Source of the DNA: Patescibacteria group bacterium
Lineage (GTDB): Bacteria; Patescibacteriota; Minisyncoccia; Phycocordibacterales; XYD1-FULL-46-19
Length of the DNA stretch: 64,000 bases
Direction: 5' to 3'
Assembly: GCA_048617235.1 (NCBI GenBank)
Contig: JBMCHT010000003.1
Location: 17,958-81,957, forward strand
Under the pieces are notes generated by a model. It did no database searches. It saw only the letters and a program-made list of their open reading frames with translations, and had not been told where the DNA came from. Positions 39,110 through 47,596 of the stretch are shown one piece after another. Each line of letters opens with the position of its first letter. Position 1 is the stretch's first letter. The position numbers and the translations under genes were made by a program.

Positions 39110-40255
39110 TTAATCCATTAAAACCTCTAAACCCGGTAAATTACCCTGAGCCAAAAAGTCCAACATAGCTCCGCCACCGGTGGAAACAAAGCTAAATTTA
39201 TCCACCAAACCGTAATCCACCAAAGCCGCTACCGTATCTCCGCCACCAACTACCGTAAATATATCAGATTTAGCGGTTAATTTTTCAGCCAAAGTTAAAG
39301 TTCCCTTATTAAACCCGGATTCAAAATTACCCAAGGGTCCATTCCAAACCACCATCTCCGCCTGAGAAGCCAAAGTCGCCGCCTGAGCGGCCGCTTTCTG
39401 TCCAATATCTCCAATAACTTCATCGGCTAAGACTTCGGTAACCGCTTTAGTTATTCGCTGACCGGAGCCGGTTTCCACTTCCACCTCTTCCGGTAAAATA
39501 ATTTTGGTTTCATTTTTATAAGCATCTAATAAAGATAAATCTTCTTCTACTATTGAATGTCCCACCGGTAAACCTCTGGCTTTTAAAAAACTGTTAACCA
39601 AAGCACCCCCTATAAAAACGCCTTCCACTTTTGGTAAAAACTTATCCAAAACCGGCACTTTAGTGGCAAACTTTAAACCACCTAAAATTAAAAAGGTTTT
39701 AGCTTCAGTATTTAAAACTTTATTTAAATTTTCAATTTCAGCCAATAAGCGATAGCCCCCAAAAGCCGGTAAAGATTGAGGTATACCGACCATAGAAGCA
39801 TGTTCTCGATGACAGACCGAAAAAGCTTCATTAACATAATAATCCCCCCAACCGGCAAGCAACCGGCCAAATTCTTCAGTATTTCTTTTTTCACCTTCAT
39901 TAAAACGAAGATTTTCAATCACCATAACCGCTCCGGCCGGTTTTTGTTTTATTTCATCTCCGGCTGTATTTAAATCCGGAATCCAATCCGTCGCTAAAAA
40001 ATTCCGATTAAAATAAGAAGCTACCGGCTCTAAACTTTTATTATCTCCGGCATGGCTAATAATAACCACCTTGGCTCCGGCTTTGGCTAAAGCCGACACA
40101 GTCGGATAGGCCGTCTGTAAACGGTAATCATCAGTTACTTGTCCATTATGTACCGGGACATTGAAATCAACTCTCACTATCACCGTCTTGGTGGTTAAAT
40201 CTTCTTGTAATAAAAGATCTACCGATTTTATTTTTTTAAATTCCATATCCGTCAT
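39110..40255 (-). CDS. pgk: phosphoglycerate kinase
   Basis: RVDFNVP, ENLRF, WNGPLG, GGGDT, STGGGAML. Confidence 0.98.
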   Translation of the reverse strand: MTDMEFKKIKSVDLLLQEDLTTKTVIVRVDFNVPVHNGQVTDDYRLQTAYPTVSALAKAGAKVVIISHAGDNKSLEPVASYFNRNFLATDWIPDLNTAGDEIKQKPAGAVMVIENLRFNEGEKRNTEEFGRLLAGWGDYYVNEAFSVCHREHASMVGIPQSLPAFGGYRLLAEIENLNKVLNTEAKTFLILGGLKFATKVPVLDKFLPKVEGVFIGGALVNSFLKARGLPVGHSIVEEDLSLLDAYKNETKIILPEEVEVETGSGQRITKAVTEVLADEVIGDIGQKAAAQAATLASQAEMVVWNGPLGNFESGFNKGTLTLAEKLTAKSDIFTVVGGGDTVAALVDYGLVDKFSFVSTGGGAMLDFLAQGNLPGLEVLMD

Positions 40256-40258
40256 AAA

Positions 40259-41020
40259 CTAAAAAGAATTCATTACTTGTCTAAACTGTGAAGACATCAA
40301 AGATACACGTCCAACCAATAAACCATCCGCTCGGCCGGCAGTTAAAAAACCACCGGCATTACCGGCATTAACCGATCCGCCATATAATACCGGTATAGTC
40401 ATTGCTTTTTCTTGACTAACAATACCAGCTAAAACTTTGCGAATAAATAAAGCATTTTGTAAAAATCCTTCAGGACTGTCTCCGCTTTTGGCTTTGGCTC
40501 CAATTGCCCAAACCGGCTCATAGGCCACCATAATTTTAGCCACATCGGCTTTTTTAACACCGGATAAGCCTTGTTTTAATTGATCTTCCAAAACCTTCAA
40601 ATATTGTCCGGCTTCATCTCTTTCGGTTTCTCCAATACATAAAACAGGTTGTAACCCAGCCTTCAAAACAGCTTTTAATTTTTTATTAACCGTTTGGTTA
40701 TCATCGGTAAAACTTCTCATTTCCGAATGACCCACTAAAACTTTACCGGCTCCAACTGAATAAGCCATAGTGGCAGCCACTCGACCGGTATAAGCTCCTC
40801 TTTCTTCCCAAAAAACATCCTGAATTCCGAAAGATAATTTACTTTTTTTAAATTCACTCGCCAATAAAGACAAAAAAACTGTCGGTGGGCAAACTACTAG
40901 CTCCACTTTTTTATTTTTCTTCAAATCTTCTTTATAGGCCTGAGCTAACCTTTTAGCCTCAACCAATGTTTGAGGATTCATTTTCCAATTGGCAATAATT
41001 ATTTTTTTATTCTGAGCCAT
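40259..41020 (-). CDS. tpiA: triosephosphate isomerase
   Basis: ANWKMN, GHSE, AYEPVWAIG, YGGSV. Confidence 0.98.
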   Translation of the reverse strand: MAQNKKIIIANWKMNPQTLVEAKRLAQAYKEDLKKNKKVELVVCPPTVFLSLLASEFKKSKLSFGIQDVFWEERGAYTGRVAATMAYSVGAGKVLVGHSEMRSFTDDNQTVNKKLKAVLKAGLQPVLCIGETERDEAGQYLKVLEDQLKQGLSGVKKADVAKIMVAYEPVWAIGAKAKSGDSPEGFLQNALFIRKVLAGIVSQEKAMTIPVLYGGSVNAGNAGGFLTAGRADGLLVGRVSLMSSQFRQVMNSF

Positions 41021-41041
41021 ATTAAATGATTATATCATAAA

Positions 41042-42781
41042 CTATTCCACTTCTCGCCAACGGACAACCGCCGGCCCCCCGGAGGGTCCGCTGGTAAAAT
41101 TAATATTAGCCAAACCGGAATCATAAGTAACCGTAGTCGCTCCAGACATAGTAATCCGGTGGGCAGTAGCTTCATTGGCATGAGCGCTACCGGAAAAGTT
41201 TATGGTTCCTTTTTGAGCATTTAAAATAATAGCTCCGGAAGCACCGGTAATATTTACCGCCGAACCATTACCACAATCAAGCCCCAGCGGACACATACTG
41301 GTAGTTAGCAATAAAATATAACTATCACTATGACCGGAACCCTCAACCGGAGCCGAGCCTCCTAAGGTTACTCGCCCGTCGGCAATTACCACCCCGGAAT
41401 CCGACCCATACAAAGGATCTAATTTTAATTTAGCAGATCCGGTTAAGGAAATATCTCCGGTTACCCATAAAGTTCCGGTAACCGTTAAAACTCCGGAATT
41501 ATTAATAGACAAATTTCCTTCTATTTTAGCCGGTCCCAATTCCGTTTGATCCACTCCTCCGACACTAACATCACCGGCAATAACCTCCCCGGCCTCGGCT
41601 TGGCTTTTCCAAAAATCTATTTGACTTTGCTCTATAGGAAAAGGCTCCGGCTCCGGTAAAGTCTGAGAAGTATCGCAAGTTTTATTATTGCCACTACCTT
41701 CTTGGCAATACAAATTACCTTCCACTTCGGAATTATTAACGGTATAAGCGTGAGCATCCCCTTCACCGTCTGTACCGATTTTTGAATCACTAATCAAAGA
41801 ATTTTTACCTCCTAAATTTATACGGTAATAAGCCTCAACTTCGGAAATCACAATCCAGTCACCACCATATTGACCGGTCATCACTACGGAACCGGTACCA
41901 GCACCCCAATAATAAAAACGACTATGATGACTGCCACCATCTAAAACCAACCAATATGCCTCATCAGCAAATAGAGCCGGCTGATTATTAAATTCAACCG
42001 TAATCCAATCATAATCACTATTAACTTCACTTTGATTCAAATTAGCCTGAGCTATCACAGTAGTTCCCGGTTGATTATTCTCATCCAACACTATTTTAGC
42101 AGTTAAATCTGAAGGATTACCTTCTTGTTTTAAATAAACTTCTATTGAATTCAAAAAATCTGTTTCTGTTGTAGAAAATTTAATCGCCACATCTTCTGTT
42201 TCTTTAGCTTGTCCAAATTGTAAATCTGTTGTCAGTTCAGCCGACTCTTCATTGCCTGCTCCCAACCAAATTTCCGGACTACCGGCAGCTATAGCCGAAC
42301 CGGTAATAAAAGAAGCACCGGAACCTAAGATATCATTATTGGAATAAACATTACCAATTACTCCGGAGCTACCGGATAATTCAAAACCTCCCTGGCCGGC
42401 TTGAATACCGTAATTAAAAGCTACTCCTGTTCCAACTGTTAATTCTGCTTCCATGACTCTAATCCGATTATTTAAATCACCAATCGCTGTTACTCTGGTT
42501 AAACCACCGGCTAATTGCTCTGTAGTTATTTCAACTTCGGCCTCGGCTAAATCATAAGATTCTACTTGGTCTACTTCCCAACCGGAAGATAATCTATAGA
42601 CCACATCCCCCAATCCGGCCTCGGCTACATATAAACTTTGTTTAGAACGGTTTAAATCAGCTGTTCGTTGCAGTTGACTGGCAGCTACCGGTGCCACTGT
42701 AGCCAAAACAATGGCCGAAACCAACATTATTACCAAAGCGGCAATGATAATAGTTTGTCCTTGTTGTGAATTTTTAATCAT
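41042..42781 (-). CDS. PilX-like large minor pilin with extended beta-rich C-terminal domains (start MIKNSQQG)
   Basis: QQG|QTIIIAALVIM prepilin-like N-terminus lacking E5, AEAG motif, C-terminal WREVE; last gene of pilin cluster. Confidence 0.8.
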   Translation of the reverse strand: MIKNSQQGQTIIIAALVIMLVSAIVLATVAPVAASQLQRTADLNRSKQSLYVAEAGLGDVVYRLSSGWEVDQVESYDLAEAEVEITTEQLAGGLTRVTAIGDLNNRIRVMEAELTVGTGVAFNYGIQAGQGGFELSGSSGVIGNVYSNNDILGSGASFITGSAIAAGSPEIWLGAGNEESAELTTDLQFGQAKETEDVAIKFSTTETDFLNSIEVYLKQEGNPSDLTAKIVLDENNQPGTTVIAQANLNQSEVNSDYDWITVEFNNQPALFADEAYWLVLDGGSHHSRFYYWGAGTGSVVMTGQYGGDWIVISEVEAYYRINLGGKNSLISDSKIGTDGEGDAHAYTVNNSEVEGNLYCQEGSGNNKTCDTSQTLPEPEPFPIEQSQIDFWKSQAEAGEVIAGDVSVGGVDQTELGPAKIEGNLSINNSGVLTVTGTLWVTGDISLTGSAKLKLDPLYGSDSGVVIADGRVTLGGSAPVEGSGHSDSYILLLTTSMCPLGLDCGNGSAVNITGASGAIILNAQKGTINFSGSAHANEATAHRITMSGATTVTYDSGLANINFTSGPSGGPAVVRWREVE

Positions 42782-42782
42782 A

Positions 42783-43280
42783 TTATCTAAAAATACCGGC
42801 ACCAACTATTTCCACCTCTTTTAAACCAGCTCGTTCATGCTCTAAAATAAGTCGCCAGCGTACCCCTTGATTATCCTCAACCGGCCAAAGATAAAATTCA
42901 TTCACTGTTATTTTGGACGATATGAGTGAATCGGAAACATCGGTGGAGGTTTGCCATAACAGGTCACCTTCGGCTGTAGCTTGAAATTCTTCTTGACCCT
43001 CTGAGGTTATTAAAGTTAAACGACCGAAATCGGTTTCCAAATCACTATTGGTTAAATCATAACTACCGGCTTGTTTAATTGTTCTGGTTAATTGCTCAGA
43101 AACGGCTATTACCGTATCATTTAACTCAGCTCGAGCTTTAAAATCTGCCGTTAAACGCCAAATTAAAAGAAAAACAGAAACAAAAACAACCATCAATAAT
43201 CCCAACAAAGCAACATAAACCATCATCTCTATTAAAGTAAAACCGTTGGTTCTTTTTTTATTAAATAAATATTTAAACAT
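42783..43280 (-). CDS. PilW-like minor pilin (start MFKYLF)
   Basis: NG|FTLIEMMVY type III signal. Confidence 0.88.
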   Translation of the reverse strand: MFKYLFNKKRTNGFTLIEMMVYVALLGLLMVVFVSVFLLIWRLTADFKARAELNDTVIAVSEQLTRTIKQAGSYDLTNSDLETDFGRLTLITSEGQEEFQATAEGDLLWQTSTDVSDSLISSKITVNEFYLWPVEDNQGVRWRLILEHERAGLKEVEIVGAGIFR

Positions 43281-43284
43281 AAAA

Positions 43285-43791
43285 CTAATCACTAGCTCCA
43301 AAATAATTATTAAAAAGATAAGCCTCCAATTCTTCAAATTGCTCTCCGGATCTATCTTGCCACCTGACTTCAATTACCACTTTTAAAGTATCCGGGTCAA
43401 TTGAACCGTCGGTTGTCAGACGACCATTGGCATCTCGTTCCACCTGACTAAAAATAATTTGCCGATCAAAACCAAAAACTGATTCAGTTTCGGCTTCGGC
43501 TAAAACCCAGGTATTATCTTCAGCCGACCAAAAAACATCATAAGCCAAACCGAAAGTTAAATCCTGAAAATTATCCGACCAATCATTAGCTAAATAAAAT
43601 AAAGCTTCAGCTGCTTCCTCAGTATAAAAAGAAGCCACCGACCGATTAAGAGCCAACTGTCCGGCTTGATTGGCTCGTGTTAGTCCACCAATTAAAACCA
43701 TAATTACTACCGAAGCCAAAGTCACCCCGATTAACACTTCCAACAAAGACCAACCGGATTTTCCAGAAACACTTTTATTTAAAAAATTCAT
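43285..43791 (-). CDS. PilV-like minor pilin
   Basis: SG|WSLLEVLIG type III signal (Trp at +1), V-W motif near C-terminus. Confidence 0.85.
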   Translation of the reverse strand: MNFLNKSVSGKSGWSLLEVLIGVTLASVVIMVLIGGLTRANQAGQLALNRSVASFYTEEAAEALFYLANDWSDNFQDLTFGLAYDVFWSAEDNTWVLAEAETESVFGFDRQIIFSQVERDANGRLTTDGSIDPDTLKVVIEVRWQDRSGEQFEELEAYLFNNYFGASD

Positions 43792-43816
43792 TATTAAAAA
43801 TATTTTACCATAATCT

Positions 43817-44281
43817 TTAAGAATCAGTCATCGTTCTAATCTGACCGGCGGCCGAGACTGAAATGATTCGCTTTTTATCCGGATTGGTTGCCGACCACAA
43901 AACAACCTCTCCCACCGCTAATGGCCGGCCGGTTAAACGCTTAAAAATTACTTGTGACTGACCATTAAAATCTGCATTTAAAACCAAACCGGCCGGTAAT
44001 AAATACTGTCGATTATTCTCTTTACCTTCCTCATATTCCAAGCCACTGAATAAAATTAAACGATTTTCTTCAAAATAAACCCCATAATTGGTTCGCTGAA
44101 CAGAAGATAAAGTTTTAGATTTAGCGGTTTCCAAAACCTCAACTACTAAAATTTCGGCTGTTTCCAATTGAGTTGTTTTTTGAAAACTCCCAATAGTCCA
44201 CAAAGCTATACCGGCTAAAATAGTTAAAATAACTATAACTATAATTAATTCCAATAAAGAAAAACCTGATTGTTTTATCAT
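43817..44281 (-). CDS. FimT/GspH-like minor pilin
   Basis: SG|FSLLELIIV, YGVYF, VIFKRLTG. Confidence 0.88.
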   Translation of the reverse strand: MIKQSGFSLLELIIVIVILTILAGIALWTIGSFQKTTQLETAEILVVEVLETAKSKTLSSVQRTNYGVYFEENRLILFSGLEYEEGKENNRQYLLPAGLVLNADFNGQSQVIFKRLTGRPLAVGEVVLWSATNPDKKRIISVSAAGQIRTMTDS

Positions 44282-44285
44282 AAAA

Positions 44286-45494
44286 TTATATAGCTTCAGT
44301 TAAAGAATACATTGGACCAATCATTGATAATGCAAAAAATCCAACCGCCACTCCAATTACCACCATCAAAACCGGTTCAATCACAGTAGAAAGATTTTTA
44401 GTTACTTGATCCACTTCAGACTCAAACCAATCAGCTCCTCGAGTAAGCATGGCCGGCAGACGACCGGTTTCTTCTCCCACTTCTGTTAGCTCTGAAGCCA
44501 AGGGTAAAAATAAATGCTCGTAATCTCTAAAAACTCCGGATAGAGTTTCTCCGGTTTGAACTCTTTTTTTAGCTTCTTGTAAAGCCTCTTTATAATAATA
44601 ATTTTGAATTACTTGTTCGGTAATTTTTAAAGTTTCTATCATACTAACTCCGGAAGTAATCAGAGAGCCGGTAGTTCTTAAAACCACCGCCGAATTAACT
44701 TTACGAGTTAAACCGGAAATAAATGGTATATGCAACAATAACCAAGATAATATTTTTTTACCAACGGGTTGTCGTAAGCCAACAACCACTCCTAAAACCA
44801 AAATCAATAAAATTCCCAAAAGTGGTAACCAAAAAGCCGCCAACCAACTACTGATAGCCATTACTATTTGAGTGGAAATAGGCAATTCCGCTTCCAGTTC
44901 TTCAAACATCATAGTTAAATTGGGCACCAAGAAAATCATCATCAAAGCTCCTACAACTACAATGGCACAAATTATAATTGCCGGATAAATCATAGCCCCT
45001 TTAACTTGGCGTCTTAAATTATAATTTTTACTCAATTGATCAGCTATTGCTTGTAAAGATTCCGGTAAGCCACCAGATTCTTCACCCACAGCCACCATAG
45101 AAATAAATACCGGCGGAAAAGCCGAAGGGAAAGCTTTTAAAGCCTTAGATAGACTGTCTCCTGAATTAATTCTTTCAATTACTGCTTCCAAAATCCGAAC
45201 CAAAGTCTGGCTCTTAGATTGTCGCTTAATCACCTCCAATGACCGAGTTAAAGATAAGCCGGCACTTAACATGGCAGATAAGTTGCTGGCCAATAAAATT
45301 TGGTCTTTAATTCCTAAAGTAGGTTCCAACCATCTATCCCAAAATTTAACTCCGGCTCCCTTAGCTGGCCGAGCCGAAACTAAAATTTTACCTTCAGTTC
45401 TCAACTGTCGAGCCAATTCATATTTATCTTTAGCCTCAACTACGCCGGTATAATCCTGACCGGCTTCATCTTTGGCTTTGTAATCTAATTTCAT
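44286..45494 (-). CDS. pilC: type IV pilus platform protein (T2SSF family)
   Basis: GEESG, GAMIYP, GEETG, IEP motifs; three TMs. Confidence 0.95.
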   Translation of the reverse strand: MKLDYKAKDEAGQDYTGVVEAKDKYELARQLRTEGKILVSARPAKGAGVKFWDRWLEPTLGIKDQILLASNLSAMLSAGLSLTRSLEVIKRQSKSQTLVRILEAVIERINSGDSLSKALKAFPSAFPPVFISMVAVGEESGGLPESLQAIADQLSKNYNLRRQVKGAMIYPAIIICAIVVVGALMMIFLVPNLTMMFEELEAELPISTQIVMAISSWLAAFWLPLLGILLILVLGVVVGLRQPVGKKILSWLLLHIPFISGLTRKVNSAVVLRTTGSLITSGVSMIETLKITEQVIQNYYYKEALQEAKKRVQTGETLSGVFRDYEHLFLPLASELTEVGEETGRLPAMLTRGADWFESEVDQVTKNLSTVIEPVLMVVIGVAVGFFALSMIGPMYSLTEAI

Positions 45495-45499
45495 AAAAT

Positions 45500-47257
45500 T
45501 TATTCACTAATAACACGTAAAACTTCTTCAATGGCGGTTACTCCCATAGCCGATTTAACTAAACCATCTTCTAACATAGACAACATACCCTCTTTTCTGG
45601 CTTGTTCATCTATACTGGAAGTACTGGCTCCGGTTAAAATAAGCTCTCTAATAGCCGGTGAAAAAGTTAAGACTTCCTGAATTCCAATACGACCGGAATA
45701 GCCGTCAGATTCTTTACCGGTTGATTTTGGTTTATAAAATTCAAGCTGATGCCAATCAAAATTATCATTATTTTCAATCACTTCATTGTCTATCAATATT
45801 TGTTTTAATCTATCTTCTTTAATATGTCGAGACAAACTCTTAAATTCTTGTTCGGTTAAAGTTGTTTTTTGTCGGGATTGATCTAAACGCCTAACCAACC
45901 TCTGGCCAACCACCACTTTGACGGTAGAGGCCAATAAAAACGGCTCTACCCCCATATCCACCAATCGCGGTAAAGCCCCGGCAGCTGAGTTGGTATGTAG
46001 AGTAGATAATACCAAATGCCCGGTTAAAGCGGCATTTATAGCTAAAGAGGCCGTTTCCGAATCCCTAATCTCTCCTACCATAATAATATCCGGATCTTGA
46101 CGCACTAAAGATCTTAAACCGGCTGAGAAAGTTAAACCAATATCCGGTTTAACTTGAGTCTGATTAATCCGAGGCATTTGGTATTCTATGGGATCCTCAA
46201 TAGTAGAAATATTAACATCCGGTGTATTTAATAATTCCAATAAAGCATATAAGGTAGTAGATTTACCGGAACCGGTGGGACCGGTAACTAAAATTAAACC
46301 GGTCTTGTTTCTAATAGCCTCTTGCATTCTTTCCAAACTTAAATGATGAAAACCGACTTGTTCCAAAGATAAACCTTGACTGTTATCCGGCAACAATCTC
46401 ATAACTATTTTTTCACCATAATAAGTTGGTAAAATAGATACTCGAAAAGAAATATTTCCTCTGGCACTTTTAATTTTAAACCGGCCATCTTGTGGCAATC
46501 TTTTTTCATCCAAACGCAAATTAGACAAAACCTTTAAACGAGCGGTTAAACCAGGGCCCACCTCTTTAGGTAAAACCATGGCATCATGCAAAATTCCATC
46601 AATCCGGTAACGAATTATCACTTCTTGTTCAAAAGTTTCAATATGAATATCCGAAGCTTTTTGCATCACCGCATGAGACAATAAAGTATCAACAATTCGT
46701 ACCACCGGCAAATCTTCAGCTAACTCCTTCAATCCGCTTTCACTTATTTCCTCATCTGCTCCTATTTTTTTCAAGGATTTAACTTCCTCTTTAATTATAT
46801 CTCCAAATTCCGCCTTTAAACTTCTTTGGTATTGCAACAAAGCTTCTTTTATAGATTCTGTATCTGTTAATCGGGGTAAAATCCGTAAACCAACCGACTT
46901 TTTAATAAAATCAATCGCGGTTAAATCATCCGGATCCAACATAGCCACCTCTAGTTCTTTATCGTTTTTATTAAAAGCCACTATATTATGCTTGCGAGCC
47001 ACCGGTTCCGGAATTAAAGACAAAACCTCTTTATCTATTTTGGCTTTTTTTAAATTAACAAAAGGCACTCCCAAAACATAAGCTTTAACTTTTCTTAACT
47101 CATCTTTGGAAACATAACCATCAGATACCAAACGATCAAATAACTTTTTTTCATCTTCTCCAACTTCAGTTAATAAACGATCAAAGTCCCCGGCTTTAAT
47201 TAAACCGGTATCCAACAAAAACTTTTTAACTTCCAAGAGGCTGGTTTTCATTACCAT
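45500..47257 (-). CDS. pilB: type IV pilus assembly ATPase (GspE/PilB)
   Basis: ASDIHIE, RLPQDGR, GPTGSGKSTT, TIEDPIE, RQDPDIIMVGEIRD, TGHLVLSTLH. Confidence 0.96.
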   Translation of the reverse strand: MVMKTSLLEVKKFLLDTGLIKAGDFDRLLTEVGEDEKKLFDRLVSDGYVSKDELRKVKAYVLGVPFVNLKKAKIDKEVLSLIPEPVARKHNIVAFNKNDKELEVAMLDPDDLTAIDFIKKSVGLRILPRLTDTESIKEALLQYQRSLKAEFGDIIKEEVKSLKKIGADEEISESGLKELAEDLPVVRIVDTLLSHAVMQKASDIHIETFEQEVIIRYRIDGILHDAMVLPKEVGPGLTARLKVLSNLRLDEKRLPQDGRFKIKSARGNISFRVSILPTYYGEKIVMRLLPDNSQGLSLEQVGFHHLSLERMQEAIRNKTGLILVTGPTGSGKSTTLYALLELLNTPDVNISTIEDPIEYQMPRINQTQVKPDIGLTFSAGLRSLVRQDPDIIMVGEIRDSETASLAINAALTGHLVLSTLHTNSAAGALPRLVDMGVEPFLLASTVKVVVGQRLVRRLDQSRQKTTLTEQEFKSLSRHIKEDRLKQILIDNEVIENNDNFDWHQLEFYKPKSTGKESDGYSGRIGIQEVLTFSPAIRELILTGASTSSIDEQARKEGMLSMLEDGLVKSAMGVTAIEEVLRVISE

Positions 47258-47292
47258 TATTATAACAATTTAAAACCAAGACAACAAAAAAT

Positions 47293-47595
47293 TTAATCGG
47301 AATAGTTTTTATCTTTTATATCTTGAGCCAAGCGATACATTTTTTCTTCCTCAGTAGTTACTCCCAAATTATGTTCTCTTTGGTTATCTACAGCTTGCAT
47401 AAAAACAATAGCCGCTTCCAAATATAAATCATAATCTTCCAAAGGGATATCTAAAGGTTCTCCCCGATAATCTTGATTGACTTTATTCAACCGATCCCAA
47501 GCCTTGTCTCTGCTCAACTCCGAACCGGTCTGCTCTTCCAATAAGTCTTGAGCTGTTTGTTTCATGAAGTTTTTATCTGAATTTTCATGAAACAT
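47293..47595 (-). CDS. hypothetical acidic protein
   Basis: 100-aa ORF abutting the upstream gene on the same strand. Confidence 0.6.
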   Translation of the reverse strand: MFHENSDKNFMKQTAQDLLEEQTGSELSRDKAWDRLNKVNQDYRGEPLDIPLEDYDLYLEAAIVFMQAVDNQREHNLGVTTEEEKMYRLAQDIKDKNYSD

Positions 47596-47596
47596 A

